A DNA stretch of 60,321 bases from Malacoraja senta (lineage: Eukaryota), in contig JAXLNO010001270.1 of NCBI GenBank assembly GCA_038087875.1, forward strand, positions 62,001 through 122,321. The letters run 5' to 3'. The translations under genes were made by a program, and so were the position numbers. Every line of letters starts with the position of its first letter. Position 1 is the first letter of the stretch. Positions 49,770 through 60,321 of the stretch are shown piece after piece. The notes under the pieces were generated by a model. The model was not told the DNA's origin, searched no databases, and saw nothing but the letters and a program-made list of their open reading frames with translations.

Positions 49770-50025
49770 ACATTATTTATCATAGACTCAATCCACATCC
49801 GCAGGCCAGTACTCAGCTTCATCACCAACAGGAACATATCTTTTCAGGTACAAATTTAGTCATAAATCGTCAACCTGACAGTCTAACAGAAAATAGCCTG
49901 GATGAAGACAAGATCAAACTCTCCAGGTGGTAAAGTTGTGTCCCACTGAATCAAATTCCTTTTGCACTTAGTTCCGTTCTGAAGTGCCATTGTCCATTTT
50001 GAGAACCCACGAAGAAATCTGCAGG
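49770..50025 (+). repeat. ~255-bp segment present again in inverted orientation at ~56113-56366
   Basis: For example CAACCTGACAGTCTAACAGAAAATAGCCTG matches the reverse complement of the second copy exactly; the remainder is moderately diverged. Confidence 0.9.
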
Positions 50026-50549
50026 CGAGTACTCAGCAAGTTTAAGGTGCAAGGTGAACGATTTAATAGGAAGCTGAGGGGCAATTTTTTCACACAGATG
50101 GTGGATAAATGAAATGAGCTGCCAGAAGCGTGGGCAAGTTGGAACGAAGGGCATGTTTGCACGGATGCTCACCAATGTGTTGTATTTTTAGTTATTTAAT
50201 TACTGTCAAATTCACTGCCAATTCTCTTCCGGAATACCAATATTGATAAAGCTTAGCTCCTCTTTCCAACCGGATTTCCACCTGTGTCTTTTGCCTTGTT
50301 CACCCTCGATGGTTTCTGTTTGCCTTCTTGTCTCACGGATGCTGCCTGACGTGCTCAGAGTTTCAACACTTGCTGTTCATATTTTTTTAGCAGAAACTGG
50401 ATCACCTACATAAATACTGTGGTTGGAAGAGCAAGTCAGAAGTTGGGTATCTGTGGTTTGTGGCTCACCTCCTGCCATCCAAAGCCTTTCCACATCAACA
50501 GAGTTCAGGTTTAGAGAAACCTGATATTTGAAACCAAGTCAACATGATT

Positions 50550-50985
50550 TTATGTAGAAATGTGTGAGGTTATGTACTTTGGTTCGAGGAATCTGGTCAG
50601 ATTATTACCTAAATGGAGGAAATCTATAGATAAACAAAACATGGAGGGATTGAAGTGTTTGTGTGCCTGAATTGCAAAAGGTTAGCAGGCAGCTGCAGCA
50701 AGTGGCTAGAAAGGCAATTGGCACATTGGTGTTTATAGCAAGTGGGGTGTAGTTTAGAAATACATAAGTATTGCTGCAACTGTTGAGGGTGTCGGTGAGG
50801 CCACGGGTGGAATACTGTGCACAGTTTGGATCCACTTATTAAAGAACGGATAGACTGAATTTGAAGTAGAGATTCCCTTGGCCAGTTCCTACGATAAGCG
50901 GGATAACCGATCAGGAGTGGGTAAAGAAGTTAGATCTGCCTTCTATAGAATTTAGTAGAATGAAACATGTAAAATTCTGAGGGGC
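50550..50985 (+). mobile_element. Old CR1 RT C-terminal fragment
   Basis: Degenerate KCEVMYFG...VRPRVEYCAQFG. Confidence 0.75.
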
Positions 50986-51782
50986 AAGATTACATCAATT
51001 ATATAATGAACATGACAAGTATACAATAATTATACAAATCACTATATATATTGATTTGAAATAATCAAATGACTGTTCTGAAGAAATAATGTAACTTTAT
51101 TTGCATTTGACAGTTTGGATGGATCAGTTAATAATTGGCATAATTGGTTGGCTCATTATAAAAAAGTCACATGCCTTGGAAAATATGTGAATATTATGTG
51201 ATGTTCAAACAAATTATGGGAAGCCAACTCCCTTGAGGGTATCTAGGAAGTAAGTGTCTGTGCAGACCATGTGATAGCCAGATTTTACCTGCAGTGTGAG
51301 TAACAGGATTTATAAGTGTTGAGGTTAGATGCTTCACCATCGGTCAAATCGTTTGCTCCTGCTTGTGATTCAGTTGCATTGCAAAGTACACACCAGGACA
51401 GGAGAGGCCAGGGTGAAACTTGGCAATTGTATTGGCCTTCTGCCAGAGAAGGATAGGGATGCAACCAATTCACTGGAGCACCAAAAGAGAGGAGCTCAGT
51501 TAAAGAAACTAAATAAGCCCATACATTTTTATAGATGGAATTTCTAATCAAAACTTGGATTAAGGCCTGAACAGAAGGAGAGGTATCACTGTTAATTCCT
51601 GATTAGATACACAACATTCCCTTCCTTGGCAGGCCCCTTCAGCAGTGGAAGCCATTGAAAGCCAATGGAAGTTATTGGATGATCAGCCATGATCACATTG
51701 AATGGTGGTGGTGGCTCGAAGGGCCAAATGGCCTACTCCTGCACCTATTGTCTATTGAAAGTAGCCAGGCCTTATTTCCTAG

Positions 51783-52500
51783 GTGGACAAACATGCTGGA
51801 GAAACTCAGCGGGTAAGGCAGCATCTATGGAGCGAAGGAAATAGGCAAAGTTTCGGGTCGAAACCCTTCTTCAGACTGATGTGAGGGTGGGGGGGTGGGG
51901 AGGAAGAAAGGAAGAGGTGGAGCCAGAGGGCTGAGGGAGAGCTGAGAAGGGGAGGAGAAAGTACGGACTATCTGAAATTAGAGAAGTCAATGTTCATACA
52001 GCTGGGGTGCAAACTGCCCAAGTGAAATATGAGGTGCTGCTCCTCCAATTTACGGTCATCCTCACTCTGGCCATGGAGGAGGCCCAGGACAGAAAGGTCG
52101 GATTCTGAATGGGAGAGGGAGTTGAAGTGCTGAGCCACCTGGAGATCAGGTTGGTTATTGCGAACCAAGCGGAGGTGTTCGGCGAAACGATCGCCAAGCC
52201 TACGCTTGGTCTCACCGATGTAGAGCAACTGACATCTAGAGCAGCGGATGCAATAGATGAGGTTGGAGGAGGTGCAGGTGAACCTCTGCCGCACCTGGAA
52301 AGACTGCTTGGGTCCTTGAATGGAGTCAAGGGGAGAGGTAACGCGACAAGTGTAGCATTTCTTGCGGTTGCAAGGGAAAGTGCCCGGAGAGGGGTTGTTT
52401 CTTGTGGGAAGGGACGAATTGACCTGGGAGCTACGGAGGGAGTGGTCTCTGCAGAAAGCGGACAGGGGAGGAGATGGGTAGATGTGGCAAGTGGTGGGAT
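51783..52500 (-). mobile_element. Penelope-like element 3' part: GIY-YIG endonuclease domain and terminus with hammerhead-like motif
   Basis: ORF 51968-52525 PCNRKKCYTC...FTCTSSNLIYCIRCSRCQLLYIGETKRRLGDRFAEH...EQHLIFHLGSLHP..MN; CTGAAGAAGGGTTTCGACCCGAAAC on the minus strand at ~51850-51875. Confidence 0.95.
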
Positions 52501-54607
52501 CACGTTTTCCTGCCTTCATTAACATCTCCAGGGACAGATCACTGGTGGCCTTCCTATTTGGTAAGGGATGGAGGAGGAAGAGGAGGAAGGAAATCCATAT
52601 TCAGTGGGGATGCAGCAGTAGATCTTTTAGTTCATAGATTGTTCTTCCATTACATTCCCTATTGTCCACAGATTTAGCTGGGTAATCCAGTTCTCTTTTA
52701 TTAAAGCATGATGATGAGGTGATGTTTCAGAGAGCATTGATGCTTAAGAATAGAGCCAAAGAGATATGCGGAGAGCAAATAAAGAATGAACAGAGAAGGT
52801 TGAGACTATAAATGGGGAAGTTTTGATTCACTAAATGCACATACTACCATTCATTGTTGGCAAACTCTTACAAAGAGTTATGCTTGAAAATATTTCTGGA
52901 TACAATGTAGATATGGATACTCCTCAGATAATCCTACATCTTGCTTACATTCCTCAATAGCAATTACATTTACCCATTCTCTTGCCTCTTCATCCCACCT
53001 TTTCTGTTTTACATTGAACATACAACATCGACAGTACAGTACAGGAACAGGCCCTTGAGCCCACAATGTCTGTGCTAAACATGATGCCAAGTTAAACTAA
53101 TCTCCTCTGCCTCCATGTTTTCTACTGTATCCAATCTTACCATGAATGTTGATATAGTTTCTGACACAACCAGTAATCCTGGAATCATTTCCACAGCCCT
53201 GTAATTCCCAGCACAGAATGACAGGGAGAATGAGGACATGGCATTTGAAGAAGGACAGGCATCTTTCCATGGATCACTTTGAGCCATTCTAGCAGTTTTC
53301 AATCTGAGTTGTCCATCCCAACATGAGAAACAGCACTCTGGGCTGGGATGGGGCAACCAATTATAAGGATCAAGGAGGGTGATTGGCTGTTTTAGCTACA
53401 ATTGTGTAAAAGATTGTGTGCAGCTGTGTACTGCTGGCAGTACTGATCACAAGATTGCTGTCTGCAATTTAAAAAAGAACGTTCTGATGTAAATTATGGT
53501 TAGCCGGCTAACAAGGAGAAATAATTTCTGGAATAATATGCACCATAATAAAGTTGTTTCATTTTCTCTCATTCAGAAATATAACCTTACATTCTTTTAC
53601 TGACAAATGTAATTTTATTTGGCATCAGAATAGATTATCTTGCCTTGCTGTAAATCAGTCCTCAAAGTAAATCTCCAGTGAATACAACAGAACTACTAAT
53701 TGTAAAATATTACGCTTCCATGTTTATCCTTGTCTACTGATCTTCTTTGCCTTTTCCAAATTTGTTGCTCAAGATTTAAACCTGCTAAATGGTAATTACT
53801 GAAGCAGGAATTAAAACTGTAGAAATAGTCGTTGAATATCTTGAGATGTAAGTGTACATTGCACTCCTCAACATGGAATCTGTCAAATGTAATAACATGT
53901 CTGAAATTGGGTCCCAACACAAAATCTCACATATCCATGTTCTCCAGAGATGCTGCCTGAACTGCTGAGTTTCTCCAGTATTTTGTGTCTATTGATGTGT
54001 TAACTGTATTGTTTAAATGCAATTCCTGAACCATTTCCGCTTGGTGCAGATTAAAATTAGAAATCTTCTCAAAGGCATCAGCAAAGAGAATCAAGAACTA
54101 AATTGCTCTCTTAAAATACCTATGTCCCCTCGTATTATTACATAAGCAATAGCACCCTCTTGTGTTTTTAACTGGAAATTTATATATTTCCACGCACCTC
54201 ATATTATATGTTCATAAACAATGTGCTAATAGCTTTGCCAATTAAATCTAAAAGTATCAGCAATTTTTATTCTTTCCATTCATTAATGGCACTATATCTG
54301 TTATGAATTGAGATTTGAATTTAAATGTACAGTAATTTGTAGATACAAGCACACAGAGATCCAATTGTAAAAAGGCCTATCATAATTGAATTGACGTTCT
54401 CAGCTAGGCAGTCAGTCGCAACAGCCTGTTACAGCTGGAATAACTTCTAGCAGGGTTGATGTGTAAGAATATGCGGCAGTAGGGTGTATTACCATGTAGA
54501 AAAGAATAACAGTGGCTTTATTTACCAAAAGTATTTAGCATCGCTGAAGTTCTTAATGTGTGCAGTGCAGTTTGTCTAATTGTCTAAGATGCATGGAGCT
54601 AGCATCA

Positions 54608-55420
54608 AATACAATACAATACAATACCGTTTATTGTCATTTGAACCTCACATGAAGTTCAAACGAAATTTGGTTTCTGCAATCATACAACAAGAAAAGA
54701 ACCAAGACACAACACAATTTACACAAACATCCATTACAGTGAATCTCCTCCTCACTGTGATGGAAGGCAAAGTCTTGTCTCTCCCCTGCTCTCCATTCTT
54801 CTCCCGATGTCAAAGTCAAGATGGTAAGTCCCGCGGCGTCTTGATGTTAGAGCCCCCGGCGGGCGTTAGCATGTCCCGCGGGCGTTTAAGCTGCGCCGGG
54901 TGATGTAAGACCCCGCTCCAGTTCATTTTCAACCCCGCAATTCGGGCGGGAGAAGTTGCCCTTGCGGGAGCTCCGAAAAGCAGTCTCCCACCAGGGACCC
55001 GCGAGCTCCCGATGTCACCGTCCACCGGACCTGCGGCTGGTGCCTCCGAAGCTCCGGGGTCGGGCCGCAACAGCGCGCCACCACAGCTCCTCCCGTTCCG
55101 AACTCGGCCAGCCCCACGATGGTAAGTCCATAGGCTCCGCGACTGGAGCCCCCAGGTCGTTCCGGTTGGAGGCCGCTCCACGGTGCTGGGCCCCAACGAC
55201 AACGGAGACCCGACAGGGAAACGGTCGGGTCCCCCGTACAGGGAAGAGATTTTAAAGTTTCCCCCAACCCCCCCCCCCCCCCCCCCCCGGCCCCCCACAC
55301 ATACACAGTTAAAAACAATTTTTAAAACCCACTACAAACTACACTCAACGGGACAACAACAAAATAAAAGACAGACGGACTGCAGAGGCCGCTGCAACGT
55401 CGGTCGCGCCGCCCACTAAA
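54608..55420 (-). mobile_element. CpG-rich non-coding retroposon with (TATTG)n tail and Rex1/Babar-like 3' end
   Basis: (AATAC)n at the left end, followed by TTTATTGTCAT as in the Rex tails at 34520 and 37377; shares CTCACTGTGATGGAAGGC with the fragment at 30923-31130. Confidence 0.6.
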
Positions 55421-56884
55421 GTGAATACACAATAAGAAGACATTCTGGTACTGCTCCCCTCGACAGCGGAAAAACATTGACACACCTTGCTGCACAATGT
55501 AATTATTAAAAAAACAATTGTCGTGCCCCATTTTTAAAGGAAATATCCTTGCTTTAAAAGAGCATATTTAGTGATTTAGGATATAGTACACATAAGTGTA
55601 TTACCAGAAAAGCCCAGGAGTGAAGTGAAGACTGCAATTTTCATAACGTGCATATATTCTGGACTTGATAAGATCATGTTCATATATAATTGTGATCTGA
55701 AAGATATCCCTCCATGGACATCATCAAGTCTGGAAATAAGTTCCACTCACCAACTCCTAACATAACTCTTCGACAAACAGAGGCTTTAATATGATGTATT
55801 CACATTTACAATTAATGCCCATCAACCATTTCTTATCTGGTGAATTTGGAAATGCATCTACATATGAATTATTGTTCAAGTTCTGAATCAGTCAATGATG
55901 TTTGCTCCCTGCCCAAATATTGTAGAAATGCAGAATGAATATTATCAATTGGTTTATTCAAGGCACCTTCTGCCCTTTTCTTTCCAAAGGCATATTTAAG
56001 AACAAAAATGAATTTTGTTTTTCCCGGAGTTAATTGATCCTGTCTCCAGCTGGATCAACGTGATGGGAAATCTTAGACGTGCATCAGGCAGGGGAACTCA
56101 GGAGATGGAATGGCTTGCAGATTTCTCACTGGCCTCTCAAAATGGACAATGGCACTTTGGAACAGAACTAAGTGCAGAAGTTTGATTCAGTGGGACACAA
56201 CTTAACCACCTGGAGAGGTTGATCTTGCGTTCATACAGGCTATTTTCTGTTAGACTGTCAGGTTGATGATTTATGTTTAAATTTGCACTTGAAAAGATAC
56301 GTTCCTGTTGGCGATGAAGCTAAGTACTGGCCTGCGGAGGTGGATTAAGTCTATGATAAACAATGTAGTGTAAACCCTGGTGAAAATCAATAACCTTAAA
56401 ATTCATTGGTGCTCTATCAATTTAAAAAAAAATGTTAAAACAGGCAGTTAATTGTTCAATATTGTGAGTGCTATTCTGCACCATAGTTGTGTTACCTAGC
56501 ATTTTGTTCTATGACTTCAGGACTGTAAAAAAAAAGCAAAATAATCCATGAAATTGACATCCAAAATTATTATCAGTCTTGACAGAAAAGAGGCAGAATT
56601 GTTAGCAATGCTACAAAATTTTGAGATTTAAAAAATCAAGTCTGCAATTTATCCCATCAGATAAAGCATAAAAATAAGTTTAATTTGTCACCTAATTCAC
56701 TTTCATATCTACAGTATTAAAAAAGTTATGGCTTTTTTCATACTCGGAAATTTGCATCTTGTTCCCTATTGCTTTTCCATTGACAACACAAAAGCTGTGA
56801 TCAAGGACAGTCAAAAGCCCATAACTTTCTTAAAAATTAAGAGAACTGAATGAAATTTTCAGTTATTATAGATTGAAGCATTCT

Positions 56885-58080
56885 TTTTTTTTTTTTAATT
56901 TGTATTTTATTAGAAGTACATTACATTACAACCACATACATTAGTACTTGTCATTTATATCTTCTTACAATTAATGTACTCCATTTATTTTTTACACTAG
57001 AAAAGGACAGTTCTAAAATGTCCCGAAATTTCACAATAATATGTCGTGGATAAGTTTTTCCCGCACCAGATCTTTGTTTAAATCTTGGGACACGATGAGC
57101 CACTTAGATTTTCGGTTCTTTGGAAAGATTCAGCAGTTGTTTAAGCAAGCCCATGGCAAACTCACGTACATCCTCCCCTTCGGCTCCCTCTGAAACTCCA
57201 AGAATTCTCAAATTCTGACGTCTAGAGCGAGCTTCCAGGTCCAGGCATTTGACTGAGACTTTCTCCAGTTGAGTCACCATCTGTAGTGAAGTTTGTTCGT
57301 TTTCCCGCCTCATTTGCTCATGTTCTTGCCTCATTTTCGCCATGTCTTAAACCATTCGAGCCGTGTTTTTCTCCAATTCCGTAATTGTGCGCATACTTGC
57401 AGCTACTGTTTCAAGCACAGCCGTGAACTTATCCGTATTAGTTTCATCCATCTTGTCCATTCTCTCTGATAGTCCATCTTTCACCTCATCAATTCGTTTA
57501 TTCATAATGTCCAGTGAATCAATCATATTCTTCTGGTTACCAGCATTTAATTCCCTCATCATCTTCTCCATTCCTTCCATCATTTTTGCCATATTTTCCT
57601 TCATTTCCTTCTTCCTTCATATTTTCCTTCATTTCTTTTTTATCTTCCTTCATATTTTCCTTCATATTTTCCATCATAATTTTATTTTCGTCCAAAATCT
57701 CATCTTTCATATTTTTCACTGATTTCTTCAAGTCATCAAACTCTTTCTTAGCTCTTGTATCCATTTCTGCAGCCACTTCAGAGACTTCAGAGACTTCAGA
57801 GGTAACTTCTGCTTCAGACTTCTTCTGGTCTTTCAGCAGCTTTTTCACTGCTCTCTGAGGGCTCACAGCTGGAGACAGTTTACTCATTTAAAGGGCTTCA
57901 AACCACCGTTTAAAACATCGCGCTTAGTGATGACGTCATCAGCGCGGCGACCAGAAGCTCCGGTAAGGTTTTTAAAAACAATCCCGATTTTAGGACCCGT
58001 TTTACACGATAAATCGTGAAATTTTTCGGGAGAGGAGCTAGGTGCACGTCTGTTAGTCCAACATGGCGCCACCGGAAGTG
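56885..58080 (-). mobile_element. ORF1-only L1-clade retrocopy (HAL1-like), 1.2 kb, with poly(A) and 15-bp TSD
   Basis: TSD AGATTGAAGCATTCT at 56870-56884 and 58081-58095; T-tract 56885-56896; minus-strand AATAAA at 56906-56911; 5' end CACTTCCGGTGGCGCCATGTT. Confidence 0.9.
56951..57887 (-). pseudogene. Disabled L1-type ORF1p (coiled coil and RRM; C-terminal domain missing)
   Basis: ORFs 57537-57887, 57347-57604 and 57104-57343, then on past a stop: DLEARSRRQNLRILGVSEGAE...AHRV...YPRHIIVKF. One frameshift and two in-frame stops. Confidence 0.88.
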
Positions 58081-58914
58081 AGATTGAAGCATTCTGAAAC
58101 AAATATGAAACAATCTTACTTGGATGACCTGAAATTAAAGCATATAATTAGTTAGTTACCCAATTGTAGCTAATTACAAAATTCAATTACTAGATCTAAA
58201 CATCTATCCATTTCTTAAGAAAAGGTTAACATTTTTAAAAAGCCTAAGTGTCCAAATAACAGTCACACAAGAATTCACAATATAACATGATTTTTAAATC
58301 TCATTGTCATGAATTTATAGGCCAAATGGAAGGAATTTTGTGTTTAATTCCTGTAAATTAATGGGCATTTAAATCATCTTGCGAGTGGGATTTTGAGGAA
58401 CGCGCTGGTTTGGAACGTTGCGGTTGCAGTGAATTAAACCCCAATATCGGCAGGAAAAATACTGCCGGTTGGTATATTTACATAATCACATTTTCGCAAC
58501 TGGAAATTTTTATTAAAGGCATCCTAAGAAGCAAGTTTATATGAAAAAATAAACGGTGTACCTTGCCTTGTCCCCTACGTGAGATCCGTCCCGTTGTCGG
58601 CATTGACGGCATTTGAAGATGATTTTAATTTTACTCCAACAAGTAAATTATAAAGCGCTAATTTTAATAAACTTAATAAAACGACAGTCGAAGCGATTTT
58701 TCTTTGGTGACTAAACAGCCTGACAGACATCGATTTCATTAGACTGCACAAATATAGCATTTTAAACCCGCCCCCCTCTCAAAGGCGCCAAAGTCGCGCA
58801 CACGGGCAGTGGCAGAACTGCAGTGCCGCTGAAGGTAAGTTTTGTAACATACCTAGAATTGTTGTTTCCCTTGTTTGGGATATCTTAAACCTGGGATCAA
58901 TATCTTAAAAATAA

Positions 58915-59240
58915 TGGTGTGGCAATTAAGAGACAATGACAGAGATTAGGGTTCGATCCTGCACTCGGGTGCTGGGTTTGCTCCTGCCCTCGGGTGCTGT
59001 CTGTGTGGAGTTTGCATGCTCTCCTTGTAACCGTGTGGGTTTCTTCCTGATGCTCCGGTTTCCTCCCACATCTCAAATATGTGCAAATTTGTAGGTTAAT
59101 TTGCCTTTGTAAATTGCCCCTAATGTTTCGGAAGTGGATGCGAAAACAGGATAACGTAGAACTAGTGTGAACGAGTGATCGATGTTGCACGTGGATTTGG
59201 TGGGCCAAAGGGCCTGTTTCCATGTTGTATCTTTGAATCA
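58915..59240 (+). mobile_element. HE1/V-SINE-like SINE
   Basis: B box GGTTCGATCC, V-domain CTGTGTGGAGTTTGCATGCTCTCC...CTCCGGTTTCCTCCCAC, and CR1-like tail GGGCCAAAGGGCCTGTTTCC. Confidence 0.82.
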
Positions 59241-60063
59241 GTAATTCAAATAAACAATGTGGACCCTGCACTGTTGCATGCCACTGGTCGTAAGCCTCCT
59301 ATCAGAAAATCAACCCTCCACAATGACCTTTCGACTCCTCCCTCCAAGTCAATTAAGAATCCAATCGGCTCTCTCATCTTGGATTCCATGCGATCCTTTT
59401 TAAAACCTATGGAATTTCTATTAAGCAATAGAGAAAATTGACATTCCTCAAATGTGTGGCTGATTTTTCAAGGCTTGGGAGGTTGTTCTGTCATTATTAT
59501 TTTTAAATAATTCAGTTTTTGCGAGTTTTAATGATGAAGAAAGTTCATAAAAAGTTGAAGTTACTGTCAATTCAGTGGCTTCATAAAAGTGCAAGAACTA
59601 CCTCTGGAGAAACAAGGTGTCATAAGCAGCAACTCCAGGAAATCTTGATTTATGTAGGTGCAGATGCTGTCAGTTTCACTGTGTAATCATGATGAAAGCT
59701 GACAATTTACTGTCATTATAAACAAAATAGCCAAGCTAATGGCTTCTCACTGATCGTGTTCTTCCTCCTGAAGCAATAAATTAAAATATCATGGATGGCA
59801 GTCTTCCCAGTTACAACATGGGTGTGCCAGTCTTTAAAACCCACGCAAATCATGCAGCTTGCTGCTATTAATTGTATTTACATTGAGGCAGCTAAGACAC
59901 GCCACTGAAAATCTTCACATCTCATTTTGCCAGCCTCGTTATGGAAATACTCCCTATCCTCTCAAATATTAATTAAAATAGAAGATTCCATTATTGTATT
60001 TAAATTCTAAAATCCACATGATTGTTAAAGAAGCTGTGTCTCTAAACTATAATAGGTTCTGTA

Positions 60064-60262
60064 TAGGGAGGAACTGCAGATGCTGGCTTAAACGGAAGAT
60101 AGACACAAAAAGCTGGAGTAACTCAGCAGGACAGGCAGCATCACTGGAGAGAAGAAATGGGTGACGTTTCGGGTCTGAAAAAGGGTCTCGACCCAAAACA
60201 TCACCCATTCCTTCTCTCCAGAGATGCTGTCTGTCCCACTGAGTTACTCCAGCTTTTTGTGC
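60064..60262. mobile_element. Palindromic PLE-terminus insertion with 17-bp flanking direct repeat
   Basis: Arms at ~60103-60175 and ~60190-60261; CTATAATAGGTTCTGTA at 60047-60063 and 60263-60279. Confidence 0.85.
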
Positions 60263-60321
60263 CTATAATAGGTTCTGTAGATGGAATGCCATTTCTGGGT
60301 TCAGTGGATATCTATATGTTC

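Larger units (their letters stand above)
56604..58854. mobile_element. Non-autonomous DNA transposon with 9-bp TSD (Mutator-like), split by an L1-derived insertion
   Basis: TSD AGAATTGTT at 56595-56603 and 58855-58863; imperfect 15-bp TIRs AGCAATGCTACAAAA / TTTTGTAACATACCT. Confidence 0.78.

Noticed and set aside
49438-49933. ORFs spanning the N run
   Set aside because: Artefacts of the assembly gap.
54816-55419. GC-rich ORFs of 78-160 aa
   Set aside because: Low-complexity translations inside a repeat; no domain motifs.

Overview
Eukaryotic (vertebrate) genomic DNA. The repeat content (HE1/V-SINE-like SINEs, CR1/HER1-like LINEs, Rex1/Babar, RTE and very many Penelope-like termini) points to a cartilaginous fish, probably a skate or ray; this is an inference. 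The only host gene I recognise is the 5' end of DAPK1 on the minus strand: a 62-bp first coding exon (19158-19219, MTVFNQANVEDYYQIGEDLGS) next to a CpG-island promoter (~19600-20430). If so, 1-19157 is DAPK1 intron and 20430-60321 is upstream/intergenic. Nearly all long ORFs in the track are transposon remnants or their antisense shadows. Most notable observations: (i) a family of ~200-bp palindromic Penelope-terminus insertions carrying degenerate minimal hammerhead-ribozyme motifs, some with long TSDs; (ii) a 1.2-kb ORF1-only L1 derivative with an intact 5' end, poly(A) and a 15-bp TSD, nested in a DNA element with a 9-bp TSD; (iii) a five-level nest that includes CAGGG-ended DNA elements with atypical 5-bp and 6-bp TSDs; (iv) several near-perfect fold-back palindromes; (v) three uORFs in the DAPK1 leader. 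There is a 165-N assembly gap at 49605-49769. Boundaries of degenerate repeats are approximate, and family names come from motif recognition, not database searches.
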